A DNA stretch of 64,000 nucleotides from Eledone cirrhosa (Eukaryota): positions 123,318,001 to 123,382,000 of the forward strand of contig OZ024745.1 in assembly GCA_964016885.1 (NCBI GenBank), given 5' to 3'. Numbering within the stretch: position 1 is the first letter of the stretch; each line of letters begins with the position of its first letter. Shown here piece by piece: positions 52,950 to 64,000 of the stretch. The notes beneath the pieces were generated by a model that was given only the letters and a program-made list of their open reading frames with translations, was not told where the DNA came from and searched no databases. Both the position numbers and the translations under genes were made by a program.

Positions 52950-53266
52950 CAGGGGCCTGCAACAGGCGGCCCGTGGGCCACAATCCGGCCCGCCAGACCA
53001 GTCAGAGTGGACTGCGATGACTGATTTTAATTTTTACCTTGAGGCTTATTTAGTATTCTTTTCGTAACCGTAATACAATTTTCTGTTAGTTGACCAATAC
53101 TAGAGGGCTTCACTGTAGGGTTATGTGTGTTATAATTTCCCTGTTCCATGTTATGGAAAGAAGTTGTGGTGAATCTTTGGAATAGTGCTTAATAAATATT
53201 AATGGTCCTAATAGTTTTTCCAATGTTCAAAAGTGGCTCGCCAGTGGAAGATGTTGCACACCCCTG
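52950..53266 (+). mobile_element. hAT MITE (same family as 27827-28350)
   Basis: CAGGGG...CCCCTG ends with a TCTAGGA target duplication. Confidence 0.8.
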
Positions 53267-53589
53267 TCTAGGACAACTTACATACAGGAGACACTTTAAA
53301 CACTCTTTTTGATCAATCTAATTAATTCTCAAGGTGCTACTTACTTTCTACGAGTGCCAAATTATCAGAGAATTAGACTGATGCTTTGCTAGTGACCAGC
53401 AATAGGGGCCTACTCAGTCTGGATTGAACTTAGCATTTACATTGTTCTCTGAATTGGACCTCAAGTCTGTTAGTGGTGGATTTAAATGGTGTTGTGGCAG
53501 ATCCTTTCACTTCACTGGTCTTCATGGATTGCTATATTGAACAGAATTTAATTGTCAAATAGGCTCTGGTTCAATATCTCCTCAATTAT

Positions 53590-53850
53590 GGAGCCAGCCA
53601 CATTGTCCTAGGTTGATGGGAAGAGGCCAGATAGTCTTACCCTTTGCCATTGAGTAAGAAGTAGATGTCTCATTTGGGATGCCACAATTAGCAACACTTT
53701 GCTCCTTTCCTTTTCACATTCTGGATTCTGCAGCAAAGCTGGAAGTCACTGCATCTGTAACCAAATGGAATAGAATTTTAAAATACCAGGAATTATGCCA
53801 AAGTATATTTTTCAGTTTGTGGCATTTGAGAGCAGCTTATCTTACTCAGG
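53590..53850 (+). mobile_element. CRE-like LINE RLE fragment
   Basis: DGKRPDSLTL...RCLIWDAT. Confidence 0.55.
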
Positions 53851-55869
53851 TAATGCCTCTGAGAGTGCTTGGTTATTTTAGCATTTTAGTCTTGCTATCA
53901 CTTGCAGTATGGGCTGGCCACAAACATTATAAGTGGGAAACTCCAGTCTTGTGGCATGTGATTAAGTGTGTATGTCTTCTACTTCTTCGCTCACTTATTC
54001 CTTGGAAGGTCGTGGAGGCAGAATCCTCAAAGCACTCTTTCCAGTAGGTTCTGTCAGAAGCAACCATCTTCAATTGAGCTGGCTGGATCCACAAACAGGA
54101 CCAGCTGAGTTCATGGATGTTATCCAACCATCTTGCTCGGGGTCTACCTCTGGGTCTCCTGCCGGTTGGCTTTGCCTGTAAAATCTCTCCAGCAATTCTT
54201 TGCTGAGACATTCTAACCACATGTATGTAATATCAGAGCTGTGATCTCACAATTCGAAGAAGTAGTGACTATACCTGGAGTGGCCCTCTTACCTTTGAGT
54301 CATGCACTCTGTTGACTAATGTTACTCAAAAGACCCTTCGGAGGAACCCCATTTCGGCTGCTTCTATTTGCACTCATTTCTATTTCGGTCATTACCCAAG
54401 ATTCATGACCATAGGTATGTGTTAACATGAATACTCCACTTATGTTAAGGTATTGTTCTCAAAATAAATAATCTCAAAAGCTTGTAGATTTGATATTGTG
54501 TGAGGTAAAGTGTTTACTGTGAAAATACTATAGGAAATATAGAGTAATGTAAATGTTAGAGGGTAAATGTTGATACAAATGACTGGTTACAGCTAGTTTG
54601 AACAGAAAGAAGTGAGAGAATTCTGGCAGGATACGGCCGGTTTAGATGCTAAAGGGTTAAACTGGGTAGCATAATACGTTTAACCCTCCACCCACTACTA
54701 TCACCACCACCACCACCACACATTACAAGTAAAATTCTGCTGTTGTGAAACTTGGCACAAGGAACATCCTGTTGGTTGAAAACAACTATCTGGTATCTTT
54801 TGTCACTAAATTGTCACATGGTACACATCTGTTGTCACTAAATTGCCACATGGTACACATGGTTGACTCATTGGCACCACCTTGCCAACAATTCAGAAGA
54901 TCTGTTGTTATTCTTTCCACTCTACCATGTGGTGGCTTGAATCTACCAGTGGAGTCTCTTTATGATTCCCACATGCAACCACATGTTGCTTCTGTTGCTA
55001 ATCAGCTGTAAAGAATGAACTCTGACAACTCTGGTGTCAGGCTGAATTTGCCTTTGCTTTTCCCACATGCAACCACATGTTTAATCTTCACTATGTCATG
55101 TATCTGTACTCTATGTTAGGCTGTTTTTTTTCCCTCTTTCATTCTTACTTTCTCTGGAAGAGATCAACTGTGATCAGACTTGGAGAGGGATGAATTCCAC
55201 CAGGTTTAAATGCTCAATAGTACTCGTATGACTCCACCTGGAGTCCATGACTCAGGGAATGATGGGTAGATATCCTGGGTATTGTTGTTGTCTATGGTAC
55301 AGGGCTTACCCAGTCTTTCATTTCTGAATCAAATGACTTGTCCCTCGGAAACAAAGAATTTATTTTGTGTATCATTGAGTGAGAAAGGGAACACCTCAGA
55401 TAATTTGAGTCATGTTGACTTCCTGCAAGTGGGAGTTGACTTACCCTCCTATCCCAATTCCATTAGCACTCCTTAACAGTTGTTCTCAACTCACTACTTC
55501 AACCCCCTCCTCACACACACATTCCTGGCATCCATCCCCCTCCATGAAGTGGTCAGTGATAGCAATGACTTCCAGCCATGGAGAGCTTGCCAAGCAAACA
55601 AGTAAAGGGTTGAGAGGATCCTCCAATCATGTCAAGGGCATGACAACTGCCCTAGTGTTGGGGATTTACACGATAAACACATACAGTACATGCTGTAAAG
55701 TGGTTGGTGATATGAAGGACATTCACTCATAGAAAACTTACCATACAAAGGGTTAGGAGGACCCTCTATGGCTGTGAAACATGGCCTATGAGGGTAGTCG
55801 ATCAACGAGGGCTGGAGGTCTTCGACAATGACTGTCTCCGCCGCCTTCTTCGCTGCCGCCATGTTGATC

Positions 55870-56250
55870 GGGTACCTACCACCAGTCTTCGTCTGAATCT
55901 TTGACCGCTTCCTTCAGCGCTTGAGATGGTTTGGTCACGTAGCCCGGCGCCCTGAGGGTGAGCTGATCCGCGATGTTCTCCTCCCACCTCCACTCCCTAA
56001 CTGGCGCAAGTGCGTTGGCGGGCAGCTGAAGACCTGGGCAACGACGATCAAGGAGGACCTCTCCGAACTCTCAGGTCCACAGGTGGTCGGCCTGCACCGA
56101 TGGAGCCGTGACTGGCTTGCTATATCCAGTGACCTAGCCCGGGACTGTCGTGCGTGGGCTGCCATGGTTCGGGATGCTGTCAGGACAAGGGAAGAAGCCG
56201 GCTCAACCCATCTAGGGTGAATGTCGACGCAAGTACAAATACAAGTAACT
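55870..56250 (+). mobile_element. RTE LINE 3' end
   Basis: LRWFGHVARRPEGELIRDVL...WRK..GGQLKTW; (TACAAG)n-type tail. Confidence 0.8.
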
Positions 56251-56573
56251 AAGTTGTGTTAAAGGCATGACAACCTCTCCTGAGCACTCAATGGAAAGTA
56301 AGACCATACATAATTGAGACACAGCTCCCTGGCTTGCTTGGGAGATCAGTGACTCTGCTGCAGTACAGACTTGGTCTATATAGACCCGTTCAACCCTTGC
56401 TAGTAGGGAAAGTGGACATGATCTGTGTATGTGTTTTAGTTCCCAGTATACAGTAATTTTTTATAACTATATAAATAAGTATAAATACTCATATGCCAAT
56501 ATATATATATAGTTTCTGATTTAGGCACAAGGTCAACAATTTTGGGGAGAGGAAAGTTGATTAAATCAACCCC

Positions 56574-56790
56574 ATTTATTAAAATAACAGATTAAAGTTT
56601 AAGCAAAGAATCGCTGCTTTCACCCTTAACGGGATCTTCTGAGTTTCAGAAGATCCCGTTAAGGGTGAAAGCAGCGATTCTTTGCTTAAACTTTAATCTG
56701 TTATTTTAATAAATATTTGCTCTATGGTTCTTATATATCTGATATATATTTATCCTTATCGAGCCCTCTTTGGATTTTAGTCTTCAAATT
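56574..56790 (+). mobile_element. Penelope-like pLTR remnant: perfect 69-bp-arm palindrome with a hammerhead-like fold
   Basis: Arms 56574-56642 and 56646-56714, loop GTT; right arm agttt-CAGAAGA-tcccgttaagggt-GAAA-gca..tgc-TT-aaact. Confidence 0.6.
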
Positions 56791-56807
56791 TATTATTATT
56801 ACTATTA

Positions 56808-56836
<29 letters not shown>

Positions 56837-56840
<4 letters not shown>

Positions 56841-57049
56841 TTAATATAGAGATAGCTTCTACAGGACAAGAACTGTTTCATTCAAAAGAAATCACCAGGA
56901 AAGGAAAGCCTTTCCTGATGATTTCTTTCAAATGAAAAAGTTCTAGTCCTGTAGAAGCCATTTATATATTAAATTTGATGTTTACAATCTACTAATGTAT
57001 TGAGTACCTTACTTACCATGGTTACCCCCTGATTAAACCCGGGACTCTC

Positions 57050-57050
<1 letters not shown>
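56837..57050 (+). mobile_element. Penelope-like pLTR remnant: imperfect palindrome of two inverted hammerhead copies
   Basis: Arms about 56837-56904 and 56909-56976; plus copy CTGATGA...GAAA...TA; same family as 12079-12129; TTGAGTAC at about 57000; between (TA)n tracts. Confidence 0.65.
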
Positions 57051-57080
<30 letters not shown>

Positions 57081-58163
57081 CTGTATATATTCATATATAA
57101 GCCAAGAAATATGTGACCAAAAAATCCATGGTAAAGTGAATGGGCGTCTTATAATTTCAGTTCAATATTTTTCCCAATTTTCACCAACTTCAAATTGTCT
57201 GTAAATAAGGTGGTAAAATATCTGGAGTGATTATTACATTGTCATTAGTTTTATTTATACATTACCTTGAAAATATTTCCAACAAATTTTTATAATTTGA
57301 ACTTTTTAATACCCCCCCCCCCCCCCCCCGTGTTTTTCTGACTTAATACTTTTTCTTTCAACCTCAAGGTTGAAATCTTACTTCTGACTTGTGTTTTGTT
57401 GCTCTGCCTCTCCTCTCTCTATTTTGTATCTCCTTCCCTCTTCTCATCTATGAATCCCTATACAATATTCTTTTATTTGATCTTCTGCTTTCAAACTTCT
57501 AATATGTGAGTGGCTGGAAGCAAACAAAAATTCAAGAAACTTGCTGAAACATTATAAAATGGTATAAAAGCATTAGATAAGGGAGTTGTGAATTAAAAAC
57601 TATAGTCCAAACAACACTTAAAACATTTTAAACATCTCATCATCATCATCATCATCATCATCATCACCGTTTTACGTCCGTTCTTCCACGCTAGCATGGG
57701 TTAGACGGGTTGTCCTGTTGTGGGCAGTGTCTGGTCGGCTGACCATGCCTTGCTCATACAGGAACTGATCTGGCTTGATTTCTACAGCTGGATGCCCTTC
57801 CTAACACCAACCTCATTTACAGTGAGTGCTGGGTGCTTTTTCGTGGCGCCTACACGTCCACTTTACAGTGTGGGCTGGGTGCTTTTTTGCCGTGGCACCT
57901 CCACGACCACCTTGCGGGGGGGGGGGGGGGGGGCATATTGTTTATATGCTTCTAAATATTAAAACTTCATAACATATTGTTTATATGCTTCTAAATATTA
58001 AAACTTCATAATATATTTTATACTCAAGAGAATTTCAAAATTACGTCATCTAAACAATGTGTTGATTAGCTGCTTTGGCTTATAAAGGAAGTTTAGATTT
58101 TTGCCCATTTCTAAGATATAATATAAGGGGTGGTAGCTTAGATGTGAGTATATATATATATAT

Positions 58164-59270
58164 ACTAGCTGAATGACCCGGCGTTGCCCGGATTACTGCT
58201 GTTCTTATTCAGATTAGTAAACAATAAATATGAAGATATATTCTTTTTTCTCATAATTATTTCAAAATATCTATATTTTATAAAAATTAAATCAAAATTG
58301 TAATGATAATAGAATTTAGAAATGAAAATCTGTCAATCTTGAAGCACCTCAGGGTAAACAATGTTCATTGTGTAATTTTTTGTTGGGGCCCAAATGAATA
58401 AATTGTTGCTGCTTTCAACTCGTGAGCAACCAACATAGAGTTGACCGTAGGAGAAGCATCTAGTAGATAGATCAAGTCCAACTACCTTCAGGGATTGACC
58501 CTGAGATTTGTTAATTGAAATAACAAAACTTAGTTTGACTGGAAACTGAAGCCTCTTAAATTCAAATGGAACAGTTGTAGGTACGAGAGGAATTTTAGAA
58601 TAAAGATATTTTTTTTTCAATATTGTAAACAAATAAGTATCAACATCCAAAAGAAATATATTTTAATTATTTTTGTATGCCATGTAAATTAACCAAATAT
58701 AAGCAAATGTATTAACTGCTAATTTAATGGTATGAGAATATAAATATAAACGAACAGGCACACAATCACTCCCACAAACTTATAAAAAACACACAGACAT
58801 ACATTCATACAAACACACACACTTTCATCCTCCCCCCAGCATTTTTTATGTCAGTTGTCACAGAAATGTATGTATACTCACACACACATACATTCACACA
58901 CATATACTTGTCAGTCATCACATCTGAAGATGTGTGTGTGTTTAATTCTCTGTGTATCTGATTAAATATTTACGTGAAGATGTATGTGTATGTAACTTAC
59001 TAAGGCCTAACATACGTAGCGGACGCGTAAACACACACACACACAAACACATACACACTCGTATACAAAATACGACGTTACCGTTGTAGTATAGTTGACT
59101 ATAGAAAGATTATTTTAGATAAAATGTTATATTATTTTAATCCAAATGAAAATAAAAATTACATGTTAATCCCGGGATCTAATACTATTACCTTGTAAAA
59201 TTTGATTTGATTCGGTTGAGCCATTTGAGAATGTATAAGGAAACAGACAGAGACAAAGAATTTTATATAT
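58164..59270 (-). mobile_element. Helitron deletion derivative retaining the Pif1 helicase C-terminus
   Basis: FKRLQFPVKLSF.ISINKSQGQSL..VGLDL...FSYGQLYVGCSRV (58333-58650); 3' hairpin CCGGGCAACGCCGGG then CTAG|T; 5' TATATATAAAA end. Confidence 0.85.
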
Positions 59271-59304
59271 ATATATGTATATATATATACATATACATAT
59301 ATAA

Positions 59305-59522
59305 AGTGCCTTGAGTAAGACACTTTATTTCACATTGCTCCAGTTTAATCAGCTGTAGAAATGAGATGATAGGGACTGGAGTCCCTATCATTCCACTGCA
59401 AAGTGGTCGTAAATGAGGTTGGTGTTAGGAAGGGCATCCAGCTGTAGAAATCAAGCCAGTATTAGTTCCCATCCTACCCTTGCAAACGGAAAAGCAGACG
59501 TAAAATGAAATGATGATGATGA
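59305..59522 (+). mobile_element. 5'-truncated SINE family B
   Basis: Matches 5530-5790. Confidence 0.8.
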
Positions 59523-59530
59523 TATATACA

Positions 59531-59776
59531 CAGTGGAGCCTTCGTTCACAATCGTAATTTGTTCCCTTAAACTCTGTTAATCACCTGAAATATTCTTAAA
59601 CCGAAACTATTTTTCCTATATGAAATGTTGAGAGAAAGAGACTGTGTGTGAAAGACAGATAGATATCACCATTGTAATTAACTACACAGCAAGTGACGCT
59701 TTCCCACCCATACTCCATTGTTGCTGGCTTGCGTGTTCGTTACTTGAGACCCCATTTGTGAACTGAGGTTCCACTG
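59531..59776. mobile_element. pogo/Tigger-like MITE
   Basis: TIR CAGTGGA(G/A)CCT...GTTCACAA at both ends; TA at the right flank. Confidence 0.65.
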
Positions 59777-60281
59777 TATATTGTGTGTGTCTATGGTTGA
59801 ACGCAGTTTCTGGCACCAACCCTTGTTTTTTATTTTTAAGAAAGGTATGGATCTTCATATGGCTAACCACCAAGCCATGCAACTTTTGTTTATGCTGGAC
59901 ATAAACAAATATCACTTTCCTGCACAAATGATATCAATTGTGAAGTGAACAAATTAAGAGACACACACACATAGTGCACCCCCTTCAGTATTTGTGCCAC
60001 TATAAAATGCACTCGGTAAACTCTGTAAAGTGGTTGGCATTCTTTCTGTGACAACTTAAAAGTAAAAATAGTTCTTCAGTCAAGTCAGTGACCGGAGAAC
60101 CTCTCTGGTGCTGTTGTCACAATAAAACCCACCCATTAAGAAGGGCATCCAGTCATTGAAAACCAAGTCAAAATCAGATCGTATGAGCATGATGTGGTGA
60201 CCTGACCTGCCTAACTCGTACAAGTATGGAAAGCAGATTTTAAACAGTGATGATGATGACTAGTAAATAAATTATCTAATC

Positions 60282-60485
60282 CAGGCATGTCAAACTGAGG
60301 GTCACCCGAGAGCCACATGGGTCACATATGTGTTGTCTGAGGGCCACCATATAACAACTAATTGTGTACATTACAACTAATATTTTTTAAATTTTATATT
60401 ACGAAGATAAAACATGTTCGCACTGTAAAAACCCTTGTGTGGGCTGCAGTTGTACTTGTAAAGGGCCGCATGTTTGACATGCCTG
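60282..60485. mobile_element. hAT MITE
   Basis: TIR CAGGCATGTCAAAC with a perfect 8-bp TSD ATCTAATC. Confidence 0.9.
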
Positions 60486-61010
60486 ATCTAATCAACATGT
60501 TGACCTTTCAATATTAGTCTAGGTGACACGATAAAGAGTTCAGCATGACTGGTAGAGAAGGGTTTTGTAAATTCATTAGAAAAATATATCGGGTATTCAC
60601 TATTAGGCTTTTCGTAATAATGGTGCCATGATAAAGTGTCCTTAGTTCACTCTGAAAAGTGGTTTATATTAGGAAGGACATTCAGCTGTAGAAACGATGC
60701 AAAAACTGGAATGTTATCATGTGGTCCCTAGCCCATCTAAAAAGGCTGTAGCGCCAATTAGTCTAACATGTTGTTTAAATTAAAACCTTTCATCATAGTT
60801 TCATACAAAAAAAATATCTTTTAAGTTAACTTAATAATGCAAAAGTTATTTTACTAAATCGTTTTAAGTTGGTAATTGATTTAAAAATGAATAATGTATT
60901 TCAAAAGAAATTTGGTCACAAAAGTGTTAAATTTTTAATTGTTTATAAGACAAAGGATAGAGTAAATTTATGAAAAGAAAACAATCATCATCATCATCAT
61001 TTAATGTAAA

Positions 61011-63114
61011 CTAGCAGAAAAACCGCCCGCAGGTGGTTTCCTGCTAGCATATATAGTGTGCATGTTCGTATTATACGCAAATATATATATGTAAATTGAA
61101 AAGTAAATTGATAATATCTTCTTCGCCCACTTATTTCTGAGAGGGTCGTGGGGGCAGAGACCATCTCAAACACTCCTTCCAGTGAGTCTGTCAGAAGCAA
61201 ACATCTCTAACGGATCCCAAAGCGTGACCAGCTAAGCTCATGGCTGTTATCCAACTATCTTGCTCAGGGTCTACCTCTGGGTCTCTTGCCGGTTGGTTTT
61301 GCCTGTAAAATGTGTCCAGCGATTCTTTACTGAGGCATTCTTACCACATGCTCATAATATCGGAGAAGTAGCGGCTCTACCAGGAGTGACTCTCTGGTCT
61401 CTGAGCTCTGCACTTTATCGAGTAATGTTACTCCAAAGACCCTTCGGAGGAATCCCATTTCTGCTGTTTTTATTTGCAATTGTTTTCTTTTGGTCATTAC
61501 TCAAGATTCATGATCCTCGGCAAGAGTTGGCAGGAATACCAGGAAGACAGCGAGTTTGGCTTTTACACCTACCCCCTTCTTCTGATTGCTGAATGCTGAG
61601 GCTGGCGCATTACTGCATCAGCTTTTGCAATTCTTACACTTAATTCAGCCTCCTGCATTCCATCACTCATGAACACGGCTCCAAGATACTTGAACCTCTC
61701 TAACTGCTTCATTAGAACTCCATTCACATGTGTATAAATTTGAGGGACTTCTGTCCACCCGTCCATCACGCAATGTGTATGTGTGTTTGTGTGAAGGTAT
61801 GTGTGTGTAAAAGAAAGGAAAGGGATACACACATATATGTCTCTAACTTAAAAACAGTGACACACACACGTCTCTAATTTAAGAACGCTGACAAAATCAC
61901 GTGCGCGCACATACACACACTGTCCTATTACCACTCAAGAGCTTTGGCCCCAGTAAACATCCCCTCAATTTTGGAACCGTCTGGGTTCAGAATTATTGGA
62001 AAAGACTTGACGGTCTTGCTCTGTGCTCCTGGTCAAGAGGCAGGTGCCTTACCTGGGACGTCACAGTTAGTGACTATTTTGCTTCTTCCCACATCCAGCG
62101 GTAAGGGCGAGAACTACAGCATCCACAGCTGAACCGAATAAAATACTAAAATACCGTGTTCTGTCAGTTAACTACATTATCCAGCCTGTGGCGTTCGAGA
62201 CGTTTGGGAGAGTCGGGCTACTGACAGCAAGGTTCTTATCTTCACTGGCGGCTCGCCAAACAGAGGTAACTGGTGATGCTCATGAGGGCACTTGCTTGTT
62301 CCAGCACCTCAGCCTCGCCATCGCCACAGGTAATGCTGCGAGTGTGCTGGCCTGCCTCAAAAATTATATAGTTTCCCAGTACTCCTCGCTATATTATCTT
62401 TTGCTCTGCATTTTGTTCTATGGGGTCTAAGATGTGTGTATTACCTTTCTTTTTTTCCTTTCCCTTTCCTTTATATATATTATATTTGTTAGTGTTTTCG
62501 TTCTGTAACCATTATAGTAAATTTTTATACAAATGAGTTTAAAAAAAAAGAGTTATAAATAAATAAAATGTTATACTTGTTTTACTCTCCCATTCATCAA
62601 ATGCTGCTATCATGACTGTACGTGTGTATTTGTGTAAATGTATGTGTGAGAATGTGTGTTTGTGTAAATGTATATGTGTGAAAGAAAGTATGTGTATTTG
62701 TGTGAATGTATGTCCGTGAGCGTGTATTTTTATAAGTTTGTGTTTGCGCAATTATAGTTATATACTCATACATATAGATGTATGTGTACATACACACACA
62801 TATGCGTCAGCGTGTAGAAAATCATATTAACTCTATCTGTATCTCTCTCATCACACACTCTCTCTTTGTTAGTTGAAGTGGTGGCGGCGGTGATATACTG
62901 GAAGTGTAGAAATTTGAAACTTTGAAAAAGAAGTCAATTTTAAATAAGCAATAAAATTACTTATATTAAATTTTATCAAAAATTACGAAATTTAGTACAT
63001 AAATTATGTAATATTCATTATTTATTCAAAGTAATCCAACTTATTTTACTAGCTGGATTAAAAGAAATAAACCGTACGCAGTGTCACACTCCTTACTTTA
63101 TTATAGTATAGATT
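61011..63114 (-). mobile_element. Helitron (second family) with nested RTE and CRE fragments
   Basis: Terminal palindrome CTAGCAG...CTGCTAG at 61011; 5' TCTATACTATAATAAAG ending at about 63114. Confidence 0.5.
61920..62360 (+). mobile_element. CRE-clade LINE 3' end
   Basis: ILEPSG...KRLDGL...WSRGRCLTWDVTV...QPVAFETFG...FQHLSLAIATGNAASVL. Confidence 0.75.
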
Positions 63115-64000
63115 AAAAAATGTATTATGATTTTTTTCATATTACATGGCATAATATAATATAATATAAATTTTGTTAACTTACATTACCACAATTAACT
63201 CAGACATATTTACGATTGCATTCTTTCGGTCATTACCCAAGATTCCTATTCATAGGTAAAGGTATACATGAATACCGAATTGAAGATAACAAGTTTGACT
63301 TTTACACCTACCTCCCTTCTTCTGATGACTGAGTGTTGAAGCTTGCACATTTTTGTACCAGCTCCAGCAATTCTTAGCCTCCTGCCTTCTGACAAAAATG
63401 GAGTTCCTCCAAAATGTCTTTGGAGTAATGTTACTTGTTGGGTGCGTAGCTTGGAAATCAGGTAGAATCATTACTGGTCTGCATTAAAAGTTCACAGCTC
63501 CGGTATTACAGACATGTGGCTAGAATGTCTATGGAAAGAATCACAGGACAAATTTTACAAGCAAAGCCAACTGGCAGGTGACTCAGAAGTAGGCCACAAG
63601 CAAGATGGTTAGATAACATCCATAGACTTGTTGGTCTCACTTAATGATCCAGCCTGATCATGTGTAGATTTTTGCTTCTGATATGAAATGGTTCTAGAAG
63701 ACTCAGACAAATTAGTGAAAATAATATGTAATTACAGGTAATATTATCTAACACCGATAATTGTAATGACAAAATAGTGATAAAAACAGAAGTAATTATA
63801 ATAATAATTAGTGAGCTTGCACTGTCAAAATTGATGGTGATTCACATATATTAAAAGTTATTCATATGCATGACTTATGGAATGGGTAAAAAAGCCTATG
63901 GTATTTATAGCCCTGACAATAGATGACTTGAAGTAGAAGAGAAGGGAGGATTCTGAGATGGATGCATAACTGAGCATTTAAATCCTTCTGATTATACATC

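Noticed and set aside
57934-58011. 39-bp tandem duplication as a regulatory repeat
   Set aside because: Two copies at a SINE truncation junction; a local duplication is the simpler explanation.
58333-58650. Host PIF1 gene, or a later DDX49 exon
   Set aside because: Opposite strand to DDX49, SF1 Pif1 motifs, and enclosed by Helitron termini.

Overview
AT-rich, repeat-dense eukaryotic DNA with (TA)n, (TAA)n and (CAT)n microsatellites, tRNA-derived SINEs and LINEs; the repeat set strongly resembles a coleoid cephalopod (Octopus-like) genome, which is inference. One host gene is clear: coding exon 1 of a DDX49/Dbp8 DEAD-box helicase (+, 51714-51858), whose first intron appears to run past the window end. 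The rest is mostly transposable elements: a nearly intact 5'-truncated RTE LINE with a PHD finger inside ORF2 (plus a second young copy), a two-ORF Tx1 LINE, R4/Dong and CRE fragments, a decayed Ty3/Gypsy, Helitrons, mariner/maT, hAT, piggyBac-like and pogo MITEs, and two modular SINE groups. The most interesting signal is not in the ORF track: at least four sequence-distinct type I hammerhead ribozyme folds sit in Penelope-like pseudo-LTR remnants in (TA)n tracts. Several have become perfect fold-back palindromes, and two lie on the sense strand of the DDX49 intron. Also notable are an inverted-repeat cassette carrying a tRNA-like cloverleaf with a Pol III terminator, a SINE whose tail resembles the Tx1 3' end, and an isolated 44-bp minisatellite. 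All folds and alignments were done by eye.
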